Positions 36,238-45,933 of a stretch of 64,000 nt of DNA are shown piece by piece (position 1 is the first letter of the stretch; every line of letters begins with the position of its first letter). The translations under genes were made by a program, and so were the position numbers. The notes below the pieces were generated by a model. The model did not search any database and was not told where the DNA came from. It worked only from the letters and a program-made list of their open reading frames with translations. This DNA comes from Candidatus Aenigmatarchaeota archaeon (lineage in GTDB: Archaea > Aenigmatarchaeota > Aenigmatarchaeia > QMZP01 > JAFGSV01): the NCBI GenBank assembly GCA_016931255.1, contig JAFGFG010000001.1, positions 30,961 to 94,960 of the forward strand. The letters are read 5' to 3'.

Positions 36238-36708
36238 TTACAGTTCACTCTCCGGGAAGTAGTTCTCTATGAAACTGTCAGGGTCATTGAGCTGGGAAAG
36301 CTTTCCGCTGAGAATCTCATCCTCTTCGGGAAATTCCCCTTTTCTTGTGTTTATCATGTTCCACATGGACGCATACGTGCATATGACATTTTCATTGGTC
36401 ATGATTGACATGTAAGGCTCTGTGTCTGATGGGAGGAGAACATCATTGTTCTTCAAATATTCGAAATCGCGTCCGTTTCTCTTCATGAGCTTCGGCACAA
36501 CCTGCAGTCCGAGCTCTACGTAGTCGCTTACGCACTGGTCAGCGTCCTCTTTGCTCATCCGGTAGGTGCTCTGAAAGCTTTCCGACATCATGCCCCATAC
36601 AATTTTTATGGTTTCAGACGTACCGGGGTCGTTCAGCCTGTCAATGGGCGATTTGTATGATGCCATGAAAACGTATTTAAATGCTAACCTTTTTATAATA
36701 GAAAACAA
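36238..36708 (-). CDS. hypothetical protein
   Basis: 156-aa ORF. Confidence 0.45.
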   Translation of the reverse strand: MFSIIKRLAFKYVFMASYKSPIDRLNDPGTSETIKIVWGMMSESFQSTYRMSKEDADQCVSDYVELGLQVVPKLMKRNGRDFEYLKNNDVLLPSDTEPYMSIMTNENVICTYASMWNMINTRKGEFPEEDEILSGKLSQLNDPDSFIENYFPESEL

Positions 36709-36765
36709 TAATAATTATCCAAACGTGACAAAAATCATGATAAGATTAATATAGGAGGATTAGTT

Positions 36766-37467
36766 ATGCAACCGATACCTTCGGGAAACTACATGGCGTA
36801 CGACAGGGCGATAATAGTCTTCTCACCTGATGGACGTTTACTCCAGGTGGAATACGCCAGGGAAGCCGTAAAGAGAGGCAGCACATCTGTAGGCATCATA
36901 CTCAAGGATGCTGTTGTTTTAGGTTCAGTAAAGACCACAGCACCGCTGGGAGTCAGCGATTCTTACAAGAAAGTATATGAAATAGACACCCACGCAGGGA
37001 TTGTCTGTTCAGGGCTTCTGGGTGATGCAAGAGACCTTGTGGAAGCTAGCAGGGTCAAGGCCCAGATAAACAAGATAACATACGGCGAGCCCATATCAGT
37101 TTCATCCCTGACCAAGTATGTATCGGACAGGAAGCACATGGTTACACAGTACGGAGGCGTAAGGCCATATGGCGTCGGATTACTTATAGGCGGCGTCAAT
37201 GGAAAAGCTGAACTTTACGAAACAGACCCGTCAGGAACCATGATAGAATGGAAAGCGCAGGCAATAGGCCGTGGCGCTGATAAATCACGAAAGGTCCTTG
37301 AAACAGGATACAAGGACAACATGGACGTGGCTTCCGGTGTTAAGCTTCTTCTTAAGGCAATAAAGGCCGGAGAGAAGGAAATCAGTGATGAGAACCTCGA
37401 GATTGCGGTAATCAGGGCTGATAAGTTCGACAGGCTCAGTCCCGAAGACATCAAGAAATATGCATAA
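36766..37467 (+). CDS. psmA: proteasome subunit alpha
   Basis: 233 aa with YDRAIIVFSPDGRLLQVEYAREAVKRGST and GGVRPYGV. Confidence 0.95.
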   Translation: MQPIPSGNYMAYDRAIIVFSPDGRLLQVEYAREAVKRGSTSVGIILKDAVVLGSVKTTAPLGVSDSYKKVYEIDTHAGIVCSGLLGDARDLVEASRVKAQINKITYGEPISVSSLTKYVSDRKHMVTQYGGVRPYGVGLLIGGVNGKAELYETDPSGTMIEWKAQAIGRGADKSRKVLETGYKDNMDVASGVKLLLKAIKAGEKEISDENLEIAVIRADKFDRLSPEDIKKYA

Positions 37468-37479
37468 CTTCTAAATAAT

Positions 37480-38184
37480 ATGGTTTCAATTGAAGATGCT
37501 ACAGTTGCGAGAATTTCCAGGGACGGACTCCATTTTGAGGTTCTTGTAGATTCTGACACAGCACTCAGGTACAAGAAAGGGGAAAACATTTCCATAGAGA
37601 ATGTCCTTGCCTCGCAGTTCGTTTTCAGCGATGCCCGGAAAGGCGAGAAGATTTCTGACGAGGATCTCGATAAGGTCTTCAAAACGCGTGACATATTTGC
37701 AATATCCGCAAGCATAATCAGGCACGGCGAGCTTCAGCTCACTACAGAACAGAGAAGGAAGTTCGCCGATGAGAAGAAGAGGCAGATAGCAGACATGATT
37801 TCAAGGCAGGGGATAGACCCCAAGACAAAGGCACCGCACCCACATCAGAGAATAATGAACGCAATGGATGAGGCGAAGGTGCATGTAGACCCATTCAGGG
37901 ACGCCAGGGAGCAGCTTAAGGAAGTGCTCGATGAGATACAGAAGGTGATTCCCATATCAATGGAGAAGGTCGACGTGTCAATCAGGGTTCCAATGAGTTA
38001 CGCCGGCAAGGCCAGCGCAGCTGTCAGGAGCATGGCTCCTGTGAAGAGCGAGAGCTGGAGTGGAGACGCATGGACGGCGGTAATAGAGATTCCGGCAGGA
38101 CTGCAGTCAGAGATATATGACAAGCTGAACAGCCTGACCGGAGGAACAGTTGAAGCTAAAATAATTAAGGAATATAAGGTATAG
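37480..38184 (+). CDS. SBDS-family ribosome maturation protein
   Basis: 234 aa with FEVLVDSDTALRYKKG and the SBDS three-domain layout. It occupies the conserved position after psmA. Confidence 0.9.
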   Translation: MVSIEDATVARISRDGLHFEVLVDSDTALRYKKGENISIENVLASQFVFSDARKGEKISDEDLDKVFKTRDIFAISASIIRHGELQLTTEQRRKFADEKKRQIADMISRQGIDPKTKAPHPHQRIMNAMDEAKVHVDPFRDAREQLKEVLDEIQKVIPISMEKVDVSIRVPMSYAGKASAAVRSMAPVKSESWSGDAWTAVIEIPAGLQSEIYDKLNSLTGGTVEAKIIKEYKV

Positions 38185-38194
38185 GTGAATTGAT

Positions 38195-38932
38195 ATGAGT
38201 GATTTACTCAAGAAAGACAGAGACTTCGTTGTACCTGGCGAAAAGCTCGTGGAGAGCATGGAGTACCTTCCGGGAAGGAACTGCTTCAGGGACGGCGATA
38301 TAGTCTTTGCAAAAAAGATGGGCCTGGTTAACATATCAGGCCGCGTTTTATCAGTCATACCTCTTAACGGCATATACATGCCGGCCAGAGACGACATGAT
38401 AATCGGAGAAGTCACAGACGTGCAGAGTAACGGATGGGTTGTCGATGTGGGCGCCCCGTACCAGGCATACCTCCCGCTTTCGGGCATCAGGGGATATCTG
38501 GATTCTGCGAAGACAGACCTTTCAAAGGTCTACGGCGTCGGTGACATGATATACGGAAAAATAAAGATGGTATCATCCACGCAGTCCGTGCACATCTCTA
38601 TGTTTGACAGGATGTGCAGGAAGTTCAGTGGCGGAAGGATACTGAAGGTCAACCCGGCCAAGGTGCCGCGCATAATAGGAAAGAGCGGTTCCATGATAGA
38701 CATGATAAAAAGGAAAACCGGCTGCAGGGTTGTAGTGGGACAGAACGGAGTCGTTTGGCTTGAAGGAGATTGTCCGAAAACAGAGGAATTCGTCATGGAT
38801 GTCATAAAGCAGATACAGGACAATTCGCACGTTGAAGGTCTCACGAATAAAATTGAAAAGGTGCTTGACAGCGGGAATTTCCCTGCGAGAGACAGAGTAC
38901 CTGATGAGGGTGTTGAATATGAAAAGGATTGA
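38195..38932 (+). CDS. rrp4: exosome complex RNA-binding protein Rrp4
   Basis: 245 aa with an S1 domain (GDMIIGEVTDVQSNGWVVDVGAP). The KH domain is IGKSGSMIDMIKRKTGCRVVVGQNG. Confidence 0.9.
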   Translation: MSDLLKKDRDFVVPGEKLVESMEYLPGRNCFRDGDIVFAKKMGLVNISGRVLSVIPLNGIYMPARDDMIIGEVTDVQSNGWVVDVGAPYQAYLPLSGIRGYLDSAKTDLSKVYGVGDMIYGKIKMVSSTQSVHISMFDRMCRKFSGGRILKVNPAKVPRIIGKSGSMIDMIKRKTGCRVVVGQNGVVWLEGDCPKTEEFVMDVIKQIQDNSHVEGLTNKIEKVLDSGNFPARDRVPDEGVEYEKD

Positions 38933-39599
38933 CGGAAGAAAAGCTGATGAACTGAGGGAGCTTGAGATAGAAGCCGGTGTTCTCAGGAACGCCACCGGAT
39001 CCGCAAGGGTCAGGATGGGCAGGACAATTGCAGTGGCAGGAGTCTACGGCCCAAGGGAGATGTTCCCGAGAAGGCTTCAGAAGAATGAGAAAGCTACAGT
39101 TCAGGTGAGGTACACGATGGCTCCATTCTCCACAGACGAGAGGGTAAGGCCGGGACGTTCAAGGAGAAGCCAGGAGATATCCATGGTGGCTGCAAATGCA
39201 CTTGAGGCTGCAGTCTTTACCGAGGACTTCCCAAAGGCTTCAATAGACGTCTTCGTGGACATAATACAGGCAGATGCCGGTACAAGGACAGCGGCAATAA
39301 ATGCGGCTGCGGTTGCACTTGCTGATGCAGGCGTTCCGATGAGGGACATGATCTGCTCTGTTGCCATAGGCAAGATAGACGGCACATACGTTGTCGACCT
39401 TGCAGGTAAGGAAGAGGACGCAAGCGTATGCGACTTCCCTGTATCATACATGCCAAACCTAAAGAAGGTAACGCACATGCAGATGGACGGCAACATCACC
39501 AAGAAAGACATGGAAGAGATGATGAAGCTGGTAGTCAAGACATGCGAGAAGATACACAAGGCGCAGAAAGAAGCGCTTGAAAAGAGGTGGTTGAAATGA
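38919..39599 (+). CDS. rrp41: exosome complex exonuclease Rrp41 (RNase PH)
   Basis: The start is MKRIDGRKADELRELEIEAGVL, which overlaps the rrp4 end. RNase PH blocks are present. Confidence 0.9.
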   Translation: MKRIDGRKADELRELEIEAGVLRNATGSARVRMGRTIAVAGVYGPREMFPRRLQKNEKATVQVRYTMAPFSTDERVRPGRSRRSQEISMVAANALEAAVFTEDFPKASIDVFVDIIQADAGTRTAAINAAAVALADAGVPMRDMICSVAIGKIDGTYVVDLAGKEEDASVCDFPVSYMPNLKKVTHMQMDGNITKKDMEEMMKLVVKTCEKIHKAQKEALEKRWLK

Positions 39600-40372
39600 G
39601 AGTCCAGGACGATTTTGTCAGGAAGCTTGCCTCTGAAGGCAAGAGGATTGACGGACGGAAGATGGACGAGACCAGGCCCATAGAAATAATAAGCAGGCCG
39701 ATTGAGAAGGCCGAGGGCTCAGCGCTTGTCAGGATTGGCGACACGCAGGTAATAGCAGGGGTGAAGCTCAGCGTTGCAGAACCATATTCAGACAGGCCTG
39801 ACGAAGGCTCGCTTATGGCTGGCGCGGAATTCTCGCCCATTGCATCGCCTGACTTCGAGCCCGGTCCTCCAAACGCCGAGAGCATAGAGCTCGCCAGGGT
39901 CATAGACCGCGGCATCAGGGAGTCCGGCGCGATAGACGTGAAAAAGCTTTGCATAAAGAAAGGAGAAAAGGTCTGGATGGTGAGTGTTGACATAAACATA
40001 CTTGACAACCACGGGAATCTTCTTGACGCATCAGCCCTTGCTGCATCAGCAGCTCTGGCCAACACGGTTTTCCCTGCGCTTGACAAGGATGGCAAGGTCG
40101 ACTTCTACGCACCAAAGACCAAGACGAAGCTTCCGATAGCTTTCAAGCCTGTGGCATGCACCTTCTACAAGGTCGGCGACAAGATGCTTCTCGACCCCAC
40201 AAGGGACGAAGAGCACGCGGCCACTGCAAGGATAACCATAACCACAAGGGATGACGGCAATGTTGCTGCAATCCAGAAGGGTGGTATAGAAGGACTTACA
40301 GAAGAAGAAATCATGTATGCAGCTGAAACATCCATAAAGAAGGGGAAGGACATAAGAAAACTCATTAAATAG
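39596..40372 (+). CDS. rrp42: exosome complex subunit Rrp42
   Basis: ATGA overlap with the rrp41 stop. RIDGRKMDETRPIEI and an RNase PH-like fold are present. Confidence 0.9.
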   Translation: MRVQDDFVRKLASEGKRIDGRKMDETRPIEIISRPIEKAEGSALVRIGDTQVIAGVKLSVAEPYSDRPDEGSLMAGAEFSPIASPDFEPGPPNAESIELARVIDRGIRESGAIDVKKLCIKKGEKVWMVSVDINILDNHGNLLDASALAASAALANTVFPALDKDGKVDFYAPKTKTKLPIAFKPVACTFYKVGDKMLLDPTRDEEHAATARITITTRDDGNVAAIQKGGIEGLTEEEIMYAAETSIKKGKDIRKLIK

Positions 40373-40421
40373 GGTCCCCCCCCTATTAATTTATAAAAAT
40401 GGAATGCGAAAAGGTACTACT

Positions 40422-40634
40422 ATGAAAACCAAAAAAGTTGATGCAGCAGGAAAATTCGGCGCCAGATACGGTAAAAAGCTCAGGAAGAACTACATTATTG
40501 TTCATAAGAACAAGAAGATTGACTGGGAGTGTCCGAAATGCCTGAAGACTACTGTCAAAAGGGAGTCAGCAGGCGTATGGGTATGCACGAGCTGCGGAAA
40601 CAAGTTCGCCGGAAAAGCTTATAAGCCGGTCTAG
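40422..40634 (+). CDS. rpl37ae: 50S ribosomal protein L37Ae (eL43)
   Basis: GKFGARYGKKLRK plus the zinc ribbon CPKC...CTSCG. The alternative start is 40404. Confidence 0.9.
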   Translation: MKTKKVDAAGKFGARYGKKLRKNYIIVHKNKKIDWECPKCLKTTVKRESAGVWVCTSCGNKFAGKAYKPV

Positions 40635-40659
40635 TGTTAATGGTTTCAGGTGATATGAT

Positions 40660-40797
40660 ATGTACAAATGTCTTGGATGCGGAAGGAAGATAGAGGTGGA
40701 CATTGCGTCTGCCACAAAGATAATATGCCCGTCATGCGGATACAGGGTTCTTGAAAAGGAAAGGCCAAAAGTAGTGAAAATGGTCGAATCAGTGTGA
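40660..40797 (+). CDS. rpoP: DNA-directed RNA polymerase subunit P (Rpo12)
   Basis: 45 aa: MYKCLGCGRKIEVD...IICPSCGYRVLEKERPKVVK. It is below the ORF-track cut-off and sits in the conserved position. Confidence 0.8.
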   Translation: MYKCLGCGRKIEVDIASATKIICPSCGYRVLEKERPKVVKMVESV

Positions 40798-41132
40798 TTG
40801 ACATGGACCAGAACGACCTGCAGCAGACGATAATTCAGGCACAGTCAATCCAGCAGCAGCTTCATGTTCTTCATCAGCAGAAAGAAGCGCTGAACCTCCA
40901 GATGTTTGAAATAAACAAGGCCCTTGAGGAGCTCGGTAAGACAAAGGAAGAGGAAGTCTACAAGGTCACGGGACCCATTCTTGTGAAGATCAGCAGGGCT
41001 GATGCCAGAAGCGATCTCAATTCAAAGAGAGAGATGTCCATGCTCAGGATGAAAACAGTGGAGAAGAGCGAGGCTTCTGCAAAGAAGCAGATGGAAGACA
41101 TCAGGGAAAAGCTTTCAAAATCAGGAATGTGA
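40794..41132 (+). CDS. pfdB: prefoldin subunit beta
   Basis: 112 aa with two coiled-coil arms flanking VYKVTGPILVKIS. The GTG start overlaps the rpoP stop, and the alternative ATG is at 40803. Confidence 0.85.
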   Translation: MIDMDQNDLQQTIIQAQSIQQQLHVLHQQKEALNLQMFEINKALEELGKTKEEEVYKVTGPILVKISRADARSDLNSKREMSMLRMKTVEKSEASAKKQMEDIREKLSKSGM

Positions 41133-41136
41133 GAAT

Positions 41137-41376
41137 ATGAGCAGGACAGAAGTGGTAAGCCTTCTTGAGGCAGTTGTAAAGGACAGGGGCGTTCCGAAGA
41201 ACGTCAAGAACAGCATAGAGGAAAGCCTTGAGATACTCAGGAAGGATGACAAGAACAATGAAAAGATATCCGAAGCCGCTTCAATCCTGGATGAGATTTC
41301 AAACGATCCGAACCTGTCCGTTTATTCAAGGACCGTACTGTGGGACGCTATATCAAAACTGGAAGCTCTCAAGTAA
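41137..41376 (+). CDS. UPF0147-like small helical protein
   Basis: 79 aa, all-helical. GVPKNVKNSIEESLEIL...DPNLSVYSRTVLWDAISKLE matches my recollection of the UPF0147 family. Confidence 0.6.
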   Translation: MSRTEVVSLLEAVVKDRGVPKNVKNSIEESLEILRKDDKNNEKISEAASILDEISNDPNLSVYSRTVLWDAISKLEALK

Positions 41377-41417
41377 ATGAGATTAAGTTTTTAAATAAGG
41401 AATTCAAGGAAGATACT

Positions 41418-41801
41418 ATGGTGCTAAAAAAACTGAGAAATGTAAGGAAAAACCTAATGTCCGGTGAAAAAACAGTCGGCTCCGGAAAAGAAGAATACAT
41501 TGAGGTTGATGTGGGCGGATTCCCTGGTGAATTTGCTCCGTTATCAGCGCCGCACGGAAAGATGGATATAATAATCGAAAGCGTCAAGGAATTCGGCGAC
41601 ACTGAAAGGGTTCTCAAGCATGTCCGCGAGGGCAGGATAGTTCTTATGAAGGTCAAGGCACTGAAGGAAAAGGACCTCGGAGAGCTCAAGAGGGTCGTTG
41701 AGAGATTCAAGAGGACCATACTTGCGCAGAACGGCGATATTGTCGGCATTGAGCAGGACTGGCTTCTTTTGGTTCCTTCACACGTGACAGTACACAGGTA
41801 A
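41418..41801 (+). CDS. sepF: archaeal SepF-like cell-division protein
   Basis: The start is taken at MVLKKLRNV. The C-terminal domain IIIESVKEFGDTERVLKHVREGRIVLMKV...RTILAQNGDIVGIEQDWLLLVP fits the SepF pattern. Confidence 0.7.
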   Translation: MVLKKLRNVRKNLMSGEKTVGSGKEEYIEVDVGGFPGEFAPLSAPHGKMDIIIESVKEFGDTERVLKHVREGRIVLMKVKALKEKDLGELKRVVERFKRTILAQNGDIVGIEQDWLLLVPSHVTVHR

Positions 41802-41857
41802 AGGGATATCCGTCCGGATTTCTGAATTTATTTTTCTTTTTAGAAAGGGAAATGCAA

Positions 41858-42631
41858 TTAGAAGGATTTCATGGCTTCCTCGAAGACGTTTTCCTCGACA
41901 CCGACCTTCTTCTCAAAAGCTTTATTGAAAGCCTCGCTCAGCCTGTCATTATAATCGCAGAGACCGGTTTCCTTTATTGCAAGAAGTTCTTCACTGCTCA
42001 GTGTCTCAAATGAATCGAATATGTCCTTTGTTATGGCAATTCTGTCAACATTGTTTCCCTTCAGGTAGCTCATGAGCCTTATTTCGTTCAGCCTTATATT
42101 CCTTTCGTCCGGATCTTTTGTTTTGACCGCCATTCTCCACATTGCATCAAGGAACGTGTGTGCGCTTGAGCCCATCATGTAATCCCTGAAGGCGTCTTCT
42201 CCCTTGTTATCATATATTTCATCAGCTGTATTCATGTCGAACCTGTATGCAAGATTGATGCCGTCTCTTTCTGCTTTTTCGCGTTTCATTGTCTCTTCAC
42301 TGAACTGCTTATGTTGCTCCATTTCCATCAATTTAGAGGAGATTCTGTACATCTCTCTTGCCTTTCCGGCAATTCTTCTCCTGTCGGATGTATTTCCCTC
42401 ATTTACTCCAGTACCTGAATAACCGTCTGCTATTGCACGATATTCAGCAGGTAAGAGCAGTCCTGAATCCATGATTGGGCCTATCTCATTCTCCGGCACC
42501 CTGCCATCTCTGAGTGTAGTCATCACGTCCCAGAATTTTCTTCCCGAAGAAGAATTCGCATCACTATAGCTGAGAATAAAATCGTGGATATATCCCCTCT
42601 TTTCCGAAAATTCTCCGGATGACGTAAACAT
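41858..42631 (-). CDS. hypothetical protein
   Basis: 257-aa ORF. Confidence 0.5.
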   Translation of the reverse strand: MFTSSGEFSEKRGYIHDFILSYSDANSSSGRKFWDVMTTLRDGRVPENEIGPIMDSGLLLPAEYRAIADGYSGTGVNEGNTSDRRRIAGKAREMYRISSKLMEMEQHKQFSEETMKREKAERDGINLAYRFDMNTADEIYDNKGEDAFRDYMMGSSAHTFLDAMWRMAVKTKDPDERNIRLNEIRLMSYLKGNNVDRIAITKDIFDSFETLSSEELLAIKETGLCDYNDRLSEAFNKAFEKKVGVEENVFEEAMKSF

Positions 42632-42717
42632 AACATCACTTTGTTACTATTTAGTAGTTATTTATTTATAAACGTTTATTCTTCTGATTAAAAGAATAGG
42701 AGCATCAAATTTAAATT

Positions 42718-43911
42718 TCAGTCACAGTTCTTCTTCCGGAGGTATATCCTTTCGATGAGCTCTTTCCTTCCGAATTTCGCCACTGCCTTCTTTATCTCCT
42801 CGGGCCAGTCTGTGTCTTCCATCTTGTTCGACAGGAGGAACGTATCGAGCGCAGCGACATCCTTCATCAGGCCGGCCTTGTTCAGGAAATCCTCAAGGTC
42901 AGCCCGTCCCTCGTCATTCTTTCCGGGAAATTTGAATTTCTCCGCTGACCATATCCTTGCTGCGTATCCGGAGCCGCCGACTGTAGTGACATTGTTTTCC
43001 TTAGCAAATTCGGTTAGTTTCTCTTTGACAGTGTCCATCTCAGCATCTATTTCTTTCCTTTTCGCAGTGAGTTCAGCGTACCTGTTGACAAGGCTGACCC
43101 CGGGCTCTTTCAGGAAGTTCTTTAGTGAAAGCCCTTCGGTTCTGGCTATGTGCGCCCATTCCGGGCACATTGACCTGAACTCACACCATTCACACAGGTT
43201 TGACTTCTTCGTCGGAAAGTCTTTTGCAGATTCTATTCTCTCTATGTCCGATATTACGGAGAGTTTGAGCTTCTCCAGTTCCTCATCAGTCTTCTCCAGC
43301 ATCACGTCCTGGTTGAATGAGAGGAAGTGCCATATCAGTCTTATTTTTCTGGCATTGGGGTAGCTGTCCTTTACCGCAAGGGCGTAAAGTGCCAGCTGGC
43401 GGTCCTCTTCAATGTATTCCTTCAGCGGAAGCGATGAGTTGGTCTTGTAGTCGTGTATTTCATAGGTGCCGTCATCTGTGAGCGCGAGACGGTCTATGTA
43501 TCCCTGAAGCTTGTACTTTCCGTTCCTGTTGAGGTCTATCACTATCCTCTGCTCAAGCCCCACTGTCTTGGTCTGGTCGAATGGTTTATGGGTGTTGTAG
43601 TAATCAGTTATGAACTTCTCTCCCATCTTCATGTAATTCTCAGGCTTGTAGTCCTTTCTGACTATGAGTATCGACGGACTCCAGTTCTTCTCCCACTGAT
43701 CCCTGAAATATGAAATCAGCTCTTTGAGTGTGGCAATCTTCTGGAACTTCATGTCCCTGTACAGCTTCTCCATTGTCTCGTGCACAGTGGAACCCAGAAA
43801 GGCCTCGACACTCTGCTCTATCTCAGGCCGTATCTTCTCTATGTATTTCAGCTTAAACCTGTAAGGGCAGTTGAGGAATGTGGATATCCTTGAATGGGAA
43901 TAAAGTACCAT
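42718..43911 (-). CDS. PD-(D/E)xK nuclease with Cas4/AddB-type Fe-S cysteines and C-terminal extension
   Basis: 397 aa with an N-terminal Cys (FLNCPYRF), GYIDRL and IHDYKT (D...D/ExK). It also has CEWCEFRSMC. Confidence 0.8.
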   Translation of the reverse strand: MVLYSHSRISTFLNCPYRFKLKYIEKIRPEIEQSVEAFLGSTVHETMEKLYRDMKFQKIATLKELISYFRDQWEKNWSPSILIVRKDYKPENYMKMGEKFITDYYNTHKPFDQTKTVGLEQRIVIDLNRNGKYKLQGYIDRLALTDDGTYEIHDYKTNSSLPLKEYIEEDRQLALYALAVKDSYPNARKIRLIWHFLSFNQDVMLEKTDEELEKLKLSVISDIERIESAKDFPTKKSNLCEWCEFRSMCPEWAHIARTEGLSLKNFLKEPGVSLVNRYAELTAKRKEIDAEMDTVKEKLTEFAKENNVTTVGGSGYAARIWSAEKFKFPGKNDEGRADLEDFLNKAGLMKDVAALDTFLLSNKMEDTDWPEEIKKAVAKFGRKELIERIYLRKKNCD

Positions 43912-43974
43912 AGTAAGATTTGATTTTCCTGTATTATAATTGCTTCCCCTTCAATGTGAGTAAACTACTTAAAT

Positions 43975-44664
43975 ATGAGTAATAATATAATCCCTATGGA
44001 ACTCCTGAGGATTATAATATATCTCGCGAAGAAAGGTGCTCTTTCCAGACCTGTGGGTGTCACTACATCCAACATAGGCAATGAGCTCGGGCTATCCCAG
44101 CAGAGTGTCAGCAGGTGGCTTCTCTCACTTGAAAAGAAGGGTTACATGGAAAGGAGCCATGGCATACGGGGATATATGGTACAGCTGACAAACGATGGCA
44201 GGAAGTATATGATTGAACTCAGGAGAGGACTTGACGAGGCTCTCTCGGAATGCGGAAAGATGATAATAAAGGGGCGTGTTGTCTCCGGAATGGGTGAAGG
44301 GCAGTATTACATAGGGCTTGAGGGATACGCAAAAGGCATAAAGGAGATGCTGGGATTCTCACCGTTTTCGGGGACGCTAAACCTGAAGCTCAAGACACTG
44401 AGGGAATTCCAGTTCAAGGAAAAGCTTTCCGCATGCAAAGGCATAATGATACCAAGTTTCAGTGATGATGAAAGAACATTCGGCTCACTGAAGTGCTTCC
44501 ATGCATCCATAAAGGAAAGGGTATGCGCAATCATAATACCCGAGAGGAGCCATTACGGGAACGACATGCTGGAAATAATCGCTCCTGTCAATCTAAGGAA
44601 TGTATTGGGACTCGCTGACGGTGACGATGTAAGCGTTGAGGTGAATGTTGGTGAAAACTTATGA
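43975..44664 (+). CDS. ribK: RbkR-type wHTH-fused CTP-dependent riboflavin kinase
   Basis: 229 aa with an N-terminal wHTH (SNIGNELGLSQQSVSRWLLSLEKKGYM). The archaeal riboflavin kinase block is GRVVSGMGEGQYYIGLEGYAKGIKEMLGFSPFSGTLNLKL. Confidence 0.85.
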   Translation: MSNNIIPMELLRIIIYLAKKGALSRPVGVTTSNIGNELGLSQQSVSRWLLSLEKKGYMERSHGIRGYMVQLTNDGRKYMIELRRGLDEALSECGKMIIKGRVVSGMGEGQYYIGLEGYAKGIKEMLGFSPFSGTLNLKLKTLREFQFKEKLSACKGIMIPSFSDDERTFGSLKCFHASIKERVCAIIIPERSHYGNDMLEIIAPVNLRNVLGLADGDDVSVEVNVGENL

Positions 44665-45205
44665 AATAACAGCTGCAGCTGCCCTTGCTTCAATATCAGC
44701 TGTATTACAGATACTGCATATAGGATGGGCATCTCCTTGGGGAATATGGATTGACCTTGTCGCAGTCTCATGGATAGTTGCGTACTTCCTTTACGGGGGA
44801 AGGACAGCGCTAGTAGTCTCACTGGTTGGTGCCATAATAATAACATTCTCCGCTCCGAGCACATGGCTTGGCGCCCTGATGAAGTGGGTTTCCACAGTGC
44901 CTCTCATATTCATCATGATATTATTCGAAAAGCTGATGAGAATAAAGGTCAGGGAGTACTCGAAGCTTAAGCACGGAATTGCAGCAGTTGCAGTTGCAGT
45001 TGTGCTGAGAGGACTGATAACGATACCATTCAACTACTACTTCGCGATTCCCATATGGACCGGATGGAGTCCGGCAGAAGCCATCGAAATGATACCATGG
45101 TGGGCGATATTCGCGATAAACGCAGTACAGACAGCGATTGAATTTTCTGTTGCGTGGCTTATTGTCTTCAGATTCAGGTTAAACAGGTTTTCAGCGTGGG
45201 AATAG
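44645..45205 (+). CDS. ECF-transporter substrate-capture (S) component-like membrane protein
   Basis: 186 aa with about 6 TM helices. It sits between ribK and the EcfA/EcfT genes. Confidence 0.55.
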   Translation: MLVKTYEITAAAALASISAVLQILHIGWASPWGIWIDLVAVSWIVAYFLYGGRTALVVSLVGAIIITFSAPSTWLGALMKWVSTVPLIFIMILFEKLMRIKVREYSKLKHGIAAVAVAVVLRGLITIPFNYYFAIPIWTGWSPAEAIEMIPWWAIFAINAVQTAIEFSVAWLIVFRFRLNRFSAWE

Positions 45206-45933
45206 CAATAAGGAATGTTTCTTTCAGCTATCCAGGAAAGGATATACTGAAAGGCATTGACATGGACATAGAAGACGGTGATTTCGCAGGCATAACAGGT
45301 TCAACCGGCTCCGGAAAGACAACCCTTGCTTATTGCCTTAACGGGCTCATACCGCACTCCATTCGTGGAAAATTTTCAGGAAAGGTGCATGTAAACGGCT
45401 TTGACACGACCAAAGAAAAGATTTCACGTCTTTCCAGAAAAGTGGGCTTTGTGTTTCAGGATCCGGACTGGCAGATATTCAGCCTCACAGTAAAAGATGA
45501 AGTCGCATTCGGTCTCAAAAACATCGGTGCCCGTGACATAGATTCAAAGGTCATGAACGCATTGATAATGGTGGAACTTGACGGAATGGAGGAGATGATG
45601 CCCCAGAACCTTTCGCATGGCCAGAAGCAGAAGCTGTGCATAGCATCCGTCCTTGCCATGGACCCTGACATCATAGTCATGGACGAGCCAACCTCGCAAC
45701 TGGATTACAGGAGCACGATGAACGTGTACGGCATACTGAAGAAGCTCAATGAAAGTGGAAAGACAATTATAGTCATAGAGCACAACACAGACCTTATTTC
45801 TGAATATGCGAACAGGGTGTTTATCCTTGACAACGGAACTATTATAAAAGAAGGAAGTCCGAAAAAAGTGCTGTCAGACAGGAAGCTTATGGAAAAGCTC
45901 GGTATAAAAATCCCATGGGTGTACAGGAAATGA
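45196..45933 (+). CDS. ECF/ABC transporter ATPase (EcfA/CbiO-like)
   Basis: Walker A is GSTGSGKTT, the signature is LSHGQKQK and Walker B is IIVMDEPT. A GTG start at 45196 is assumed; the ORF-track start is 45154. Confidence 0.85.
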   Translation: MGIAIRNVSFSYPGKDILKGIDMDIEDGDFAGITGSTGSGKTTLAYCLNGLIPHSIRGKFSGKVHVNGFDTTKEKISRLSRKVGFVFQDPDWQIFSLTVKDEVAFGLKNIGARDIDSKVMNALIMVELDGMEEMMPQNLSHGQKQKLCIASVLAMDPDIIVMDEPTSQLDYRSTMNVYGILKKLNESGKTIIVIEHNTDLISEYANRVFILDNGTIIKEGSPKKVLSDRKLMEKLGIKIPWVYRK